Positions 6,242 through 16,135 are shown, counted from the first letter of the stretch. The stretch: DNA of 64,000 bases from Symbiobacterium thermophilum (GCA_020725105.1 DYFQ01000003.1:12136-76135); one strand, 5' to 3'. A program made the numbers and translations. Notes: a model not told the origin generated them from the sequence alone.

Positions 6242-8185
6242 CTAGAACGTGCTCCGCTGATTCTGGAACAGGGCCTGCAACCGGAGGGCCAGGAGGTTTC
6301 CCTGCGCCTGCAGCTGCGACAGGGCCTGCTCCATGGTGGTGAACTGCCGCACCAGGTTGCGCTCGCGGATGGCCAGCCGGTTCTCCCAGGCGTCGATCAT
6401 CTGCTCCAGGTCCTTTGACCGCCGGTCGTAACTGTCGACCCGCTCGGGGATGATCCCGCCGCTGTTCACGTAGAGGTCAACCGTGTCGCGGACGATCTCG
6501 CCCACGCCCCGGACGCCGTCGGACGCGTCGTAGAAGACCTTCTTCACCTGGTCGGGCCTGGCGGCCAGCAATGCGTCCAGGGCGGCCGTGTCCACCGCCA
6601 ACAGGCCGGAGGTGTCGGAAGTCTTGATCCCCAGGTCCACCAGCTCGTTCAGTTCGGAGTCGGCGATGCCCCCGGCCTTGGAGGAGGCGGCCTTGCGCAG
6701 GGCCGCCTGCAGCCGGGCCGCCGTGGGGTCAGCTTCCAGCCGGCCGTCCCGGGCCACGTATCCGTTGAGGGTGGTCATGAAGTCGTTGTAGGCGCTGACG
6801 AAGGCCTCGATCTTGGCCCTGGGGACCGCCGCGTCCCGGGCGATCCTCAACTCCACCGCCGTTGCCGAGGTGCCCTCAAGGTACAGGGTCACGCCCGTGA
6901 CGACGTCGTCGATGGTGTTGGTGGACCGGGTGACGGTGACGCCGTCCACGGTGAAGCCGGCGTCCTGGGCCGCGGCCACCTGGTTGGCGATGGCGTCGCT
7001 GCCGTTGAGAATGCCCAGCCCCTTCAGCACCCCGGCATAGCGGACGTACAGATCCACCTGGCCGTTGCCGGCCAGGGTCAGGGTCACGCCGGTCATGCCC
7101 GACTCGCCGTCGGTGACGGTGTTGTCCGACGAGGTCAGGGTGGCGCCCCCGTTCACCGTGAACCGGGCGTCCTGGGCCGCCTGGTCCACCGTGTCGACGC
7201 CGGCCCACTGGCTGAGGGCGGTGGACTGCACGGTGAAGGCGTAGGCCGCTCCCGTGGGCGTGGAACTCAGCACCAGGCGGCTCTGGCCGCCGGAACTTTC
7301 CACGGTGGCAGTGATGTTGCCGAAGCCCGCCTCGTCTATCTTGGTCTTTATGGCATCCAGCACCTGGCGGTTGGTTTCGGTGCCCGCCAGGTTGACGGTT
7401 ATGGTCGTCGGCGTGCCGCCCTGAGTGATGTCAAAGCTGTAGGCGCCTGAGGTGAATCCGGCCGGATCGGTGTCGGTCTTCCAGTCGCCTGCGTTCTGCT
7501 GGGCCTGAGCCACTTGCAGCACGTTGACGGTGTAGTTCGCCTCGGTGGCCAGGTCAGAGGCGGTCGCCGTCAGCACCGACTGGTCCGCCGGGTCGTAGTA
7601 GACGGTCCTGGCCGCCCCGGCGGTGGAATCGGTGAAGCTGATGGCGTACCGGGCACCCGTATGGTCGGCCTGGATGACCAGGCACCCGTCGACGATGGAA
7701 GCCGTCACCCCGGCCCCGGCGTTGTTGATCTTGTCCCGGATGCCGGCCAGGGTATCGGACTTGACCACCGACACCGACTTCGTCGCGCCGTCCACCGTGA
7801 TGTCGAAGGTTCCCTCGTACCAGAGGGCGGTGGTGGTCGAGGCGAACCGGCTACCCCGGACCTTGTGGGCCTGGGCCAGCTGGCTGACGGTAATGGAGTA
7901 GGTCGCCTCCGCCGCGCTCGAGGTGGCCGAGGCGGTGAGCACGGCCTCGTCGGAAGAGGTGGCCGTCTTGGCGCCCCAGACGCTGTCCAGGCGCAGGGCG
8001 TCCAGGGCCGCCTGAACGCTCACCAGCTTGGTCTTGACCGTGGTCCAGCTGTCCTTGAGCCCGGCCAGGGCGTCCTTCCTGGCCTGCAGCCGGACCACCG
8101 GCCGCCGCTCGATGGCCATCAGTTCCTGGATCAACCGGCGCGTGTCGATGCCCGACGCCAGCCCGCTGATGCTGAAGAGCGCCAT
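6242..8185 (-). CDS. fliD: Filament cap protein FliD
   Basis: ISGLASGIDT N-terminus, VSQLAQAH, RQFTTMEQALSQL C-terminus. Confidence 0.95.
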   Translation of the reverse strand: MALFSISGLASGIDTRRLIQELMAIERRPVVRLQARKDALAGLKDSWTTVKTKLVSVQAALDALRLDSVWGAKTATSSDEAVLTASATSSAAEATYSITVSQLAQAHKVRGSRFASTTTALWYEGTFDITVDGATKSVSVVKSDTLAGIRDKINNAGAGVTASIVDGCLVIQADHTGARYAISFTDSTAGAARTVYYDPADQSVLTATASDLATEANYTVNVLQVAQAQQNAGDWKTDTDPAGFTSGAYSFDITQGGTPTTITVNLAGTETNRQVLDAIKTKIDEAGFGNITATVESSGGQSRLVLSSTPTGAAYAFTVQSTALSQWAGVDTVDQAAQDARFTVNGGATLTSSDNTVTDGESGMTGVTLTLAGNGQVDLYVRYAGVLKGLGILNGSDAIANQVAAAQDAGFTVDGVTVTRSTNTIDDVVTGVTLYLEGTSATAVELRIARDAAVPRAKIEAFVSAYNDFMTTLNGYVARDGRLEADPTAARLQAALRKAASSKAGGIADSELNELVDLGIKTSDTSGLLAVDTAALDALLAARPDQVKKVFYDASDGVRGVGEIVRDTVDLYVNSGGIIPERVDSYDRRSKDLEQMIDAWENRLAIRERNLVRQFTTMEQALSQLQAQGNLLALRLQALFQNQRSTF

Positions 8186-8209
8186 TGGTCCCTCCCGAGC
8201 TTCCTGCCG

Positions 8210-8536
8210 CTAGACTCGCCGGTCCAGCAACTGGCCGACGAAGGCGTGGATCCGGCCAAGGGTGTCCAGAACCCGCTCCGGCGGAATCTCCTTCATCACT
8301 TCCCCGGTCGCCAGGTCCACCAGCTTTACCAGGACCCGCCGGGTCTCCGGGTGAACGCGGTAGTCCAGGCGGACCATGGCCCCGGACCCTCCGGCGGCAG
8401 GGCGTTCCGCTCCGGGGCCCGTCGCCGGCCTGACGCCGGCCGGGCCGGCGCCCGGACCGACCGCTCCCGGCTCACGAACGGAACTTTCCGGGTAGGCGGT
8501 ACCCGCCCCGCCGTGTCCGACTCGAGTGACGGTCAT
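8210..8536 (-). CDS. flaG: Flagellar protein FlaG
   Basis: VHPETRRVLVKLVD..TGEVMKEIPPE motif. Confidence 0.9.
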   Translation of the reverse strand: MTVTRVGHGGAGTAYPESSVREPGAVGPGAGPAGVRPATGPGAERPAAGGSGAMVRLDYRVHPETRRVLVKLVDLATGEVMKEIPPERVLDTLGRIHAFVGQLLDRRV

Positions 8537-8566
8537 GGGTCTCGCCGCCCCTCGCGATGGTCTCCG

Positions 8567-10630
8567 TCAGGCTTCCGCCGCCTGTCCCCGCCGCAGGCCC
8601 GGCTCCGCTGCCTCCAGGGCCTGGGCCACGACGGACAGGAGTTCGGCGTGGGGATGCCGGCGGCGGCCCGCCTGGATGGTCCGGGCGGCCTCGGCGTAGC
8701 GGCGCTGCCGGGCCAGCAGGGTGGCCAGGGTGTGGTAGAGCCCGGTATCGTCCGGCTCCAGGGCCAGCGCTTCCTGGTTGAACACGATGGCATCGTCCAC
8801 CAGGTCCCTGGCCTGGGCCACCCGGCCCAGGGCCCGGAACATGGTCCCGTCCCGGACGCCCAGCCGCGCCGCGGCCACCAGTTCCTCACCGGCCGACTCC
8901 ATGAAGCCGCGCTCCAGGTATATCATGCCGAGCCGCAGATGCCGCCGCCGCGGGTCGGTGCCGGACAGGAGGTCCAGGGCCCGCTCGAAGGCCTGGAACT
9001 CCTGCGCGTCCAGCAAGGTCCCGAGCAGTTCGTACACCACGGCCTCGGCCCGGGCCTGGTGCTCCGGGCGCAAGAGCGCCGGCCGCCGGTCCACCCGGCC
9101 GGCGAGCAGCCGCAGGAAGTCGCGGTAGACCATGGCCTCCAGCGCCCAGCGGTCCTCGGTGACCCGGGCCAGGCTGGCCACCCCGTCTTCCGGCCGGCCG
9201 GCCAACCCGAGGCAGAGGGCCTGGTTCAACACGGCCTGGTCCCGGTACTCCTCGCTGGCGGCCGCCGCCTGGAAGCAGTCCATGGCAGGCTCGTACCGGC
9301 GCAGGCGCATGAACAACTGGCCCCGCAGGTGGCGGTGGCCCACCGTGGAGACGGACAGTTCTTCCACCCGGTCAAGCCACGCCAGGGCTTCCTGGTAGCG
9401 GCGGTGGCGAATGAAGGCCCGGACCACCTGCTCGCCGGCGGGGGCCCCGCCCGGCCCGACCAGGCCCGTGAGAAAGGCGTGCAGGGCGGCCGGGTCCTCC
9501 CGCGGGATGAGCAGGGACGCCAGGTCGTACGCGGCTACGGTGTAGCGGGGCTCGGCCCGGACGGCCTGCACCAGGCACCTGGTGGCCTGGACCGCGTCAC
9601 CGGTGGCTTTCGACACCTGGGCCAGGGCGTACAGGGCCTTGAACGAGCCGACCCCGCGCTCGGCAAAGTGGTGCTGCGGCGCGTCACCCCGGGCCAGGCA
9701 CTCCCGGAAGCAGTCCGCCGCCCGCAGGTATTCCTGCCGGGCCACCCGGACCAGTCCTTCCAGGAAGATCAGGTCCGTGTAGTCGGGGTAGGCCTCCCTG
9801 GCTCCCGCCAGCACTTCCAGGGCCTCATCGTAACGTTCCAGTTCCTTGAGGCACACCACGATGTTGCGCAGCAGCACCGGAGCGTAGCCCAGCTCCAGGC
9901 CGGGCAGGCGCGAGAAGGACGCCCGGAACTCTTCCAGCGCCCGGCCGTAGTCCCGCAGCCGGAGGTATTCCACCCCCAGGTTGAAACGGTGAAAGTGGTC
10001 GTCCGGGTACTCCCGGACCACCCGCTCCAGGATCTCCAGGTTGCGGGCGATCTTCCGCTTTCGCACCGCCGGGCCGTTCAGGTAGCCGTAATGGTTCACC
10101 CGCACTTCCAGCCGCCCCAGACCCGGGTTGCCCTGGGCCTGGATGACGGCCAGGATCTGCTCGTGGATGGCGCCCTGGAACCGGTAACCGGGGCGGTTCC
10201 GGAAGACCCGGAAGGCCGGGTTCAGCACCGCCTCGGCTCCCGGCGCGTCCCCCACGTAGTTGACCAGGGCCAGGTAGAAGCCGGCCACGTGGTCCTCCGC
10301 CCCGGCCAGGGCCTCCCGGAGGCGCGGTCCGTCCCCCGCCTCCAGTTCCTCGTCGGCGTCGAGGAACAGGATCCACTCGCCCCTGGCCTCCTCCAGCGAA
10401 CCGTTGCGGGCCGCCGAGAAGTCCCCGGTCCACGGGCGCGAGACCACCCGGGCCCCGAACTCCCGGGCGATCTCGGGGGTGGCGTCGTCCGAGCCGGTGT
10501 CCACCACCACGATCTCGTCCACCACGCCCTGGACGCTGGAAAGGCAACGGGGCAGATCCTGTTCCTCGTTGCGCACGATCATGCAGAGCGACAGAAGGGG
10601 GCGCTGGCCCTCCTTGGCACCACTTTCCAT
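8567..10630 (-). CDS. GT2 glycosyltransferase with TPR repeats, probably flagellin-modifying
   Basis: LSLCMIVRNEE, VVDTGSDD, DFSAARN, LDADE, IHEQ, HYGY, then TPR-like helices; adjacent to flagellin. Confidence 0.9.
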   Translation of the reverse strand: MESGAKEGQRPLLSLCMIVRNEEQDLPRCLSSVQGVVDEIVVVDTGSDDATPEIAREFGARVVSRPWTGDFSAARNGSLEEARGEWILFLDADEELEAGDGPRLREALAGAEDHVAGFYLALVNYVGDAPGAEAVLNPAFRVFRNRPGYRFQGAIHEQILAVIQAQGNPGLGRLEVRVNHYGYLNGPAVRKRKIARNLEILERVVREYPDDHFHRFNLGVEYLRLRDYGRALEEFRASFSRLPGLELGYAPVLLRNIVVCLKELERYDEALEVLAGAREAYPDYTDLIFLEGLVRVARQEYLRAADCFRECLARGDAPQHHFAERGVGSFKALYALAQVSKATGDAVQATRCLVQAVRAEPRYTVAAYDLASLLIPREDPAALHAFLTGLVGPGGAPAGEQVVRAFIRHRRYQEALAWLDRVEELSVSTVGHRHLRGQLFMRLRRYEPAMDCFQAAAASEEYRDQAVLNQALCLGLAGRPEDGVASLARVTEDRWALEAMVYRDFLRLLAGRVDRRPALLRPEHQARAEAVVYELLGTLLDAQEFQAFERALDLLSGTDPRRRHLRLGMIYLERGFMESAGEELVAAARLGVRDGTMFRALGRVAQARDLVDDAIVFNQEALALEPDDTGLYHTLATLLARQRRYAEAARTIQAGRRRHPHAELLSVVAQALEAAEPGLRRGQAAEA

Positions 10631-10787
10631 CCCTGGCTCACCTCCGGACCGCCGCCGGCCGTGCCGGCCGCTTCAAGTGACCGTCAGCGAGGGGCCGGCC
10701 GCGCTAGCCACGGCCGGCCCCCCTCGCCGACCTCGTCACGCCAAACGGTTGCTTGCCGGTCGGTTGCTCCCCAGTCGGTCGCCGCCG

Positions 10788-11612
10788 CTAGCCCAGCAGT
10801 TGCAGGATGGCCTGGGGCGCCAGGTTGGCCTGGGCCAGCATGGCCGTGCCCGCCTGCTGCAGGATCTGGAGCTTGGTGAAGTTCATCATCTCCAGGGCCA
10901 TGTCCACGTCGCGGATCCGCGACTCCGACGCCTGCAGGTTCTCGGCCGCCACGCCCAGGTTGGCGATGGTGTGCTCCAGCCGGTTCTGCACGGCGCCCAG
11001 CTTGGCCCGCTGGGACGACACTTCCTTCAGGGCGCTGTCCAGGCTGGCGATGGCCTGCTCCGCCGAAGCCTGGGTGGTGACGCTCAGGCCGCTGATGGTG
11101 AGCGCCGCCGTGGTGGCCGTGGCGATGGTGAGCGCGATGGTCTGGTCTTTGTTGGCGCCCACGTGGAAGGTGATGGCCGTCGACGCGTAGTCGCCGTTCA
11201 GGAGCTTCTTGGTGTTGAACTCCGTGGAGTCGGCGATCCGGTCCACCTCGGCCAGGAGTTCGGCCACTTCCTTCTGGATGTTGTTCCGCTCGTCAGTGGT
11301 CAGCGTGTCGTTGGCCGCCTGGACCGCCAGCTCGCGGAGGCGCTGGATGATGTTGTGGGTCTCCGTCAGCGCCCCTTCCGCCGTCTGGATGAGCGAGATG
11401 CCGTCCTGGGCGTTTCTGACCGCCTGCTGGAGGCCGCGGATCTGGCCGCGCAGCTTCTCGGAGATGGCCAGCCCCGCCGCGTCGTCCGAGGCCCGGTTGA
11501 TGCGGAACCCCGAGGACAGGCGCTCCATCGACTTGGCCAGCTGGCCGGAGGTGATGGACAGGTTCCGCCACGCGTTGAGGGCCTCGATGTTGGTGTTCAC
11601 CCGCAAACCCAC
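10788..11612 (-). CDS. fliC: Flagellin (274 aa), copy with its own sigma-28 promoter
   Basis: RVNTN, LSSGFRINRASDDAAGLAISE, LGAVQNRLE, SRIRDVD. Confidence 0.97.
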   Translation of the reverse strand: MGLRVNTNIEALNAWRNLSITSGQLAKSMERLSSGFRINRASDDAAGLAISEKLRGQIRGLQQAVRNAQDGISLIQTAEGALTETHNIIQRLRELAVQAANDTLTTDERNNIQKEVAELLAEVDRIADSTEFNTKKLLNGDYASTAITFHVGANKDQTIALTIATATTAALTISGLSVTTQASAEQAIASLDSALKEVSSQRAKLGAVQNRLEHTIANLGVAAENLQASESRIRDVDMALEMMNFTKLQILQQAGTAMLAQANLAPQAILQLLG

Positions 11613-11614
11613 GT

Positions 11615-11659
11615 GTCACGTTCCTCCCGTGACTGGTTTCTGGGCCGTCCGTGTCCCAG
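11615..11659 (-). promoter_or_regulatory. CsrA-binding hairpins in the flagellin leader
   Basis: CTGGG..ACGGAC..CCCAG hairpin (11640-11659), and GTCACG-GGAGGAA-CGTGAC with the SD in the loop (11615-11633). Confidence 0.7.
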
Positions 11660-11750
11660 GGTTCCGGGTACCGCCTCTTGGGGCGGCTCGGGGCCAGGCG
11701 CCGCGGTTCGGGCCCGTCCAGCCGCGGTTCAACTGACCCTCTCAACCCGT

Positions 11751-11778
11751 GTATCGACCGCGCGGCGGGAAAAGTTTA
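11751..11778 (-). promoter_or_regulatory. Sigma-28 promoter for the downstream flagellin
   Basis: TAAA-N16-GTCGATAC. Confidence 0.8.
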
Positions 11779-11802
11779 GCCCGGGGGGAGAACCCCCCGG
11801 GC
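11770..11802 (-). terminator. Terminator after the upstream flagellin
   Basis: GCCCGGGGGG-TTCT-CCCCCCGGGC followed by TAAACTTTT. Confidence 0.6.
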
Positions 11803-11842
11803 CTGACCCGTGGGACCTTGGGCCTCTGGACTCTGTGGCCGC

Positions 11843-12667
11843 CTACCTGAGCAGTTGCAGGATGGCCTGGGGCGAAAGGTTGGCCTGGGCCAGCATGGCC
11901 GCGCCGGCCTGCTGCAGGATCTGCAGCTTGGTGAAGTTCATCATCTCCAGGGCCATGTCGGTGTCACGGATCCGCGACTCCGACGCCTGCAGGTTCTCGG
12001 CCGCCACGCCCAGGTTGGCCACGGTGTGCTCCAGCCGGTTCTGGATGGCGCCGAGGGTCGCCCGCTGGGTCGAGATCTGGCTGATCGCCCCGTCGAGACT
12101 GGCGATGGCCTGTTCGGCCAGCGTCTGGCTGGTGACCGCAAGTCCGGCGATACCCAGGGCGTTCACCTGGGCGTCGGCGATGGTCACCGAAATGGTCTGT
12201 CCCTGGTTGGCGCCCACGTGGAACACCAGCGGCGTCGTGGCGAAGTCGCCGTTGAGCAACTTGTTCGTGTTGAACTCGGTGGTGGTGGCGATCCGGTCGA
12301 GTTCCTCCAGTAGCTGGTCGATTTCCTTCTGCAGCGTATCCCGCTCGGTGTCGGTCAACGTGTCGTTGGCCGCCTGGATGGCCAGTTCCCGCATGCGCTG
12401 CAGCACGGCGTGGGCCTCGGTCATGGCCCCCTCCGCCGTCTGGATCAGCGAGATGCCGTCCTGGGCGTTTCTGGCCGCCTGCCGCAGGCCGCGGATCCGG
12501 CTCCGCAGCTTTTCGGAAATGGCCAGCCCGGCCGCGTCGTCCGACGCCCGGTTGATCCGGAAGCCCGACGACAGCCGCTCCATGGCCCGGGACAGCTGCG
12601 CCGCCGTGTGGGTCAGGTTCCGCCACGCGTTCAGCGCCTCCACGTTGGTGTTGATCCGGAGTCCCAT
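11843..12667 (-). CDS. fliC: Flagellin (274 aa), copy downstream of csrA
   Basis: Same conserved flagellin motifs; paralog of 10788-11612. Confidence 0.97.
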   Translation of the reverse strand: MGLRINTNVEALNAWRNLTHTAAQLSRAMERLSSGFRINRASDDAAGLAISEKLRSRIRGLRQAARNAQDGISLIQTAEGAMTEAHAVLQRMRELAIQAANDTLTDTERDTLQKEIDQLLEELDRIATTTEFNTNKLLNGDFATTPLVFHVGANQGQTISVTIADAQVNALGIAGLAVTSQTLAEQAIASLDGAISQISTQRATLGAIQNRLEHTVANLGVAAENLQASESRIRDTDMALEMMNFTKLQILQQAGAAMLAQANLSPQAILQLLR

Positions 12668-12690
12668 GCTACCTCCTCCTTAAGGTGTCT

Positions 12691-12708
12691 CCGACCGTCC
12701 GTAGCCGG
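12691..12708 (-). promoter_or_regulatory. CsrA-binding hairpin
   Basis: CCGGCT-ACGGAC-GGTCGG just upstream of SD AAGGAGGAGG. Confidence 0.7.
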
Positions 12709-12717
12709 AAGCCCCCG

Positions 12718-12972
12718 TCACTGAACCCGGTCTTCGCCCCGCACGTCCGGGGGGAAGACCTGGGAGGCCCGGTTCACCCGCTTCTGGGACATGAGCGTCG
12801 CCTTTCTGTTCTCCTCGCGGACCTCGTGGTAGATCTCCTTGCGGAGGATCTGCACGTGCCGGGGGGCGTTGATGCCCAGCCGGATCTGCCCGCCCTTGAT
12901 TTCCAGGACCACGATTTCTATGTCGTCGCCGATCAGGATGCTCTGGTTCAGCTTGCGGGTGAGCACCAGCAC
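12718..12972 (-). CDS. csrA: Carbon storage regulator CsrA
   Basis: MLVLTRKLNQSILIGDDIEI...LGINAP...RKEIY. Confidence 0.97.
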   Translation of the reverse strand: MLVLTRKLNQSILIGDDIEIVVLEIKGGQIRLGINAPRHVQILRKEIYHEVREENRKATLMSQKRVNRASQVFPPDVRGEDRVQ

Positions 12973-13058
12973 TACGCTGCCCTCCCTGGCGAAGGGTGGC
13001 CCGATTTGCCAGCCCTCCGTGGCCGGCAGGTCGTCCCCTCCCTAGCGCGCATGGACCT

Positions 13059-13577
13059 TCACCCGCCTGCCCCCGCCCCGTGCGTTCTCAACGGAGATGC
13101 CGCTTGCGGGCGCTCCGCCCGCCGGGCCAGCCTGGCCTCGGCCGCCCGTCGGAACTCTCCGATGACGGAGTGCTTGGTGGTGTAGGGCCCCTCGCCCAGG
13201 ACCACCTGCTTGCCCAGGCGGGTCCGCGGGTTCACCACCAGCGGCCCCTGGAGGTTCGCCGTCATCTCCCACGGGTCGGGCGGGATCACCACACACACCC
13301 AGAGTCTGGCTTCCCCGACCGAGCCCAGGCCCAGCTGGGCCAGGTCCTCGGGGCGTACGGCCGGCGCGTAGTCCGGCACGAACTCGCCCGGATCCACGAC
13401 CACGAAGGCCAGGTCCGGGTCGTCCACCGATTGCAGCCAGACGAAGGGCCGCTGCCTGGGAAACTGCAGCGCGGCGTAGCGCTCCCGTCCGGCGAACCCC
13501 TGAAGGCCCCCGATGATCCGGTAGATCCTGTCGTCAGAGACCTCCAGGTCGCCGAACCGGTGGCTGTGGACTACCAC
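13059..13577 (-). CDS. fliW: Flagellar assembly factor FliW
   Basis: RFGDLEV, WLQSVDDPDLAFVVVDP, TANLQGPLVVN; GTG with RBS at 13577. Confidence 0.93.
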   Translation of the reverse strand: MVVHSHRFGDLEVSDDRIYRIIGGLQGFAGRERYAALQFPRQRPFVWLQSVDDPDLAFVVVDPGEFVPDYAPAVRPEDLAQLGLGSVGEARLWVCVVIPPDPWEMTANLQGPLVVNPRTRLGKQVVLGEGPYTTKHSVIGEFRRAAEARLARRAERPQAASPLRTHGAGAGG

Positions 13578-13647
13578 GAACTTCCCTCCTTCCCTGATGC
13601 GGATGATCCTGGCCGTGTGTCTCGGGCCGGCCACGCGGCCGGGCCGG

Positions 13648-14535
13648 TCAGGCCAGGAAGTCCAGCAAGGTCGGCTGGATGACCCGGGCCCCGGCGGCCA
13701 GGGACACCCGGTGGGCCAGGCTCACCGCTTCCAGGCGGGTGAGCACTTCCGCCAGGTCGGCGTCTTCCACCCGGGACCGCACCTCTTCAAAGAGGAGCCC
13801 CAGTCCCTGCAGGCGCTCCCGGTTCAGTTCCAGCCGGTTCAGCAGGCCGCCCAGCCTGGTACGGGCGGCCAGGACGCCGTCGAGGGCTGAGTCCACCGCC
13901 GCCACGACCGCCGATCCCAGCGCCGCGGCATCCCCGCTTGAAAGCGCGTCTCGCAGACCGATCAGGGCGGTGAAGGCCGGGCCGAAGGTCGCCTGGCCAT
14001 CGACGTTGATGGCCACCCGCTGGCCGGGGGCCACCTCCCGCTCGATGAGACCGCTGTCCCCCTGGTAGTTCACGGCCGTGACGGGCGAGCCCACAGCGAC
14101 GAACGGGACAGTGAGCGTCCGGTGCCCCGCGAAGAGGTACCGCCCGTCATGGGTGGCGTTGGCCACGCTCAGGAGGTGGTTCAGCAACTGCTCGGCCTCG
14201 ATGGCCAGCGCCTGGTAAGACTCGGGCGGCAGGGTGCCGTTGGCGCCGGTCAGGGCCATCTCCCTCGCCCGCTGCAGCACGTCGGCGGCCTCGGCGAGGG
14301 AAAGCTCCGACGCCCTCAGCCAGTCGACGGACGCCTCGGTGGCGGCCGCCAGCCGGCCGTGGTGAACCGCGGCGGAACGGGTCCGCAGGGCGGTGACGAC
14401 GCCGACCGGGTCGTCGGACGGCACCCGGATGGCCCGACCGGAGGCGGCCATGGTCTGCAGCCGGCGAAGCTCCGCCTCGTTCCGGTGGATGCTGGCCAGT
14501 ACCCGGTCGATGAGCATGGAGTTGGTAACTCGCAT
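13648..14535 (-). CDS. flgL: Hook-filament junction protein FlgL
   Basis: MRVTNSM, PSDDP, GRYLFAG, QPTLLDFL. Confidence 0.95.
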   Translation of the reverse strand: MRVTNSMLIDRVLASIHRNEAELRRLQTMAASGRAIRVPSDDPVGVVTALRTRSAAVHHGRLAAATEASVDWLRASELSLAEAADVLQRAREMALTGANGTLPPESYQALAIEAEQLLNHLLSVANATHDGRYLFAGHRTLTVPFVAVGSPVTAVNYQGDSGLIEREVAPGQRVAINVDGQATFGPAFTALIGLRDALSSGDAAALGSAVVAAVDSALDGVLAARTRLGGLLNRLELNRERLQGLGLLFEEVRSRVEDADLAEVLTRLEAVSLAHRVSLAAGARVIQPTLLDFLA

Positions 14536-14615
14536 GGGTTCGCGCCCCCATCCCTGGGTCGAAGGCCTCGTCCGTGAGCGACGCGCCGGCGCCGGCCGTC
14601 GACGCCTCACCGAAT

Positions 14616-14643
14616 CTATCGGCCGGCGTGGTCCGGGAATTAA
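14616..14643 (-). promoter_or_regulatory. Sigma-28 promoter for flgL-fliW-csrA-fliC
   Basis: TTAA-N16-GCCGATAG. Confidence 0.65.
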
Positions 14644-14728
14644 GACCCCTGATCCGGTCGGGTGAAACGCGGGGCGAACCCAGGAAAGGAGGGAAGGCTG
14701 GCCGGCCAGTCCGGGCCGGGCCCGGGGG

Positions 14729-16135
14729 CTAGCGGCCGGCCAGGCCCATGCGGGCGATGACCGTGTCCAGCATCTCGTCCATGGCCGTCATGAGGCGGGC
14801 GGCCGCGTTGTAGGCGTGCTGGTAGCGGATGAGGTTGGCCATCTCCTCGTCCAGTGAGACGCCGGAGAAAGCCTGCCGCTGGTGGTCGATCTGGCGGAGC
14901 AGGAGGTCCTGGTTCTCCGCCATCCGCAAGGCCTCCCGGGCCCGGACGCCGACCCCGGCGATGACCCCGCGGTAATAGTCGTCAAGGCTGGCGCCGCCCA
15001 GGAGTGGCTGGTTTCTCAGGCCGGCGATGGCCAGGGCGTTGCTGCCGTCGCCCGGTTCTCCCGAAGTCGACGCCGCCAGGCGCCGGGGGCTGGAGGCCAC
15101 GGCCGGGTCCAGGGCCAGGTTGGCCGCGGTGGAGGCCGGGTCGAAGAAGTCGTAGCCCGTGGACCCGTCCAGGCCGAAGCCGGCCCGGTGCAGCGCGTTG
15201 ACCTCGTTCACCAGGACGGCTGTCATGGCGTCCAGGTCGGCGCGGATGCCCGGGATCACCTGGTCCCTCAGGTCCAGCAGCGCCCGGAGGCTGCCGCCGC
15301 GGATGTCCACGGCCGTGCCGGTGCTCTCCCAGCGGGGCTCGGCGTAGGCGGGATTGGTGCCCAGGGGGGCGGCCACCATCCGGCGCGCGCCGTGGGGATC
15401 CACCAGGGAGACCCCGTTTACCAGCAGGTGCACCCCGTTGGCCGGACCCGGCTGGACCTGCAGGTCCACCAGGCGGGCCAGTTCCTCGATGAGGACGCCC
15501 CGCCGGTCGAGAAGGTCGTTGGGCTGGTCGCCCATGCCGGTGACCGCCATGATCTGCCGGTTCACGGCGGCGATTTCGCCGGCCAGGGCGTTGATCTCCT
15601 GAAGCTGGGCCCGCACGGTCTCGTCCAGGTTCCGTTCCAGGGCGCTCAGCTGAGCGTAGACGTGGCTCATGCCTTCGCCCAGGGCGGCCCCCCGCTGCAG
15701 GACCAGCTCGCGCACGGCCGTGGATTCAGGCTCCAGGCTGAGCTGGGAAAAGGCGTCCCAGAACTGGTCGAGCACCGTGCGGAGGCCGGCCTCGGAAGGT
15801 TCGTTGAAGACGACCTCCACCTGCTGGAGGGAGTCCCGTAGCGACGCCCACCGGCCGAGCCGCTGGGTCTCGCCGAGGGCCTGGAAGTCGAGGAAAGTGT
15901 CGCGTACCCGGCGGATCTCGTCGAGGGTGACCCCCGTCCCCACCTGACCGGCCTGCGAGGGCCGGGCGACCGAAGGCAGGGTGTAGGGAGCGCTTGCCGA
16001 CATCCGCACCACCTGCCGGGAGTAACCCCGGCTGTTGGCGTTGGCCACGTTGTGACCCGTCACGTCCACCGCCCGCTGCTGGGCGGCCAGGGCGCGCTGG
16101 GCCAGCTCCAGACCGAAAAACGCGCCGCGGATCAT
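14729..16135 (-). CDS. flgK: Hook-associated protein FlgK
   Basis: GHNVANANSRGYSRQ, SGVSLDEEMANLIRYQHAY. Confidence 0.96.
   Translation of the reverse strand: MIRGAFFGLELAQRALAAQQRAVDVTGHNVANANSRGYSRQVVRMSASAPYTLPSVARPSQAGQVGTGVTLDEIRRVRDTFLDFQALGETQRLGRWASLRDSLQQVEVVFNEPSEAGLRTVLDQFWDAFSQLSLEPESTAVRELVLQRGAALGEGMSHVYAQLSALERNLDETVRAQLQEINALAGEIAAVNRQIMAVTGMGDQPNDLLDRRGVLIEELARLVDLQVQPGPANGVHLLVNGVSLVDPHGARRMVAAPLGTNPAYAEPRWESTGTAVDIRGGSLRALLDLRDQVIPGIRADLDAMTAVLVNEVNALHRAGFGLDGSTGYDFFDPASTAANLALDPAVASSPRRLAASTSGEPGDGSNALAIAGLRNQPLLGGASLDDYYRGVIAGVGVRAREALRMAENQDLLLRQIDHQRQAFSGVSLDEEMANLIRYQHAYNAAARLMTAMDEMLDTVIARMGLAGR

Noticed and set aside
7514-10879. 1121-aa plus-strand ORF, and similar long ORFs such as 26327-29272, 24576-27791 and 46525-48921
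   Set aside because: Antisense or off-frame shadows of well-supported genes, expected at this GC content; no recognisable motifs.
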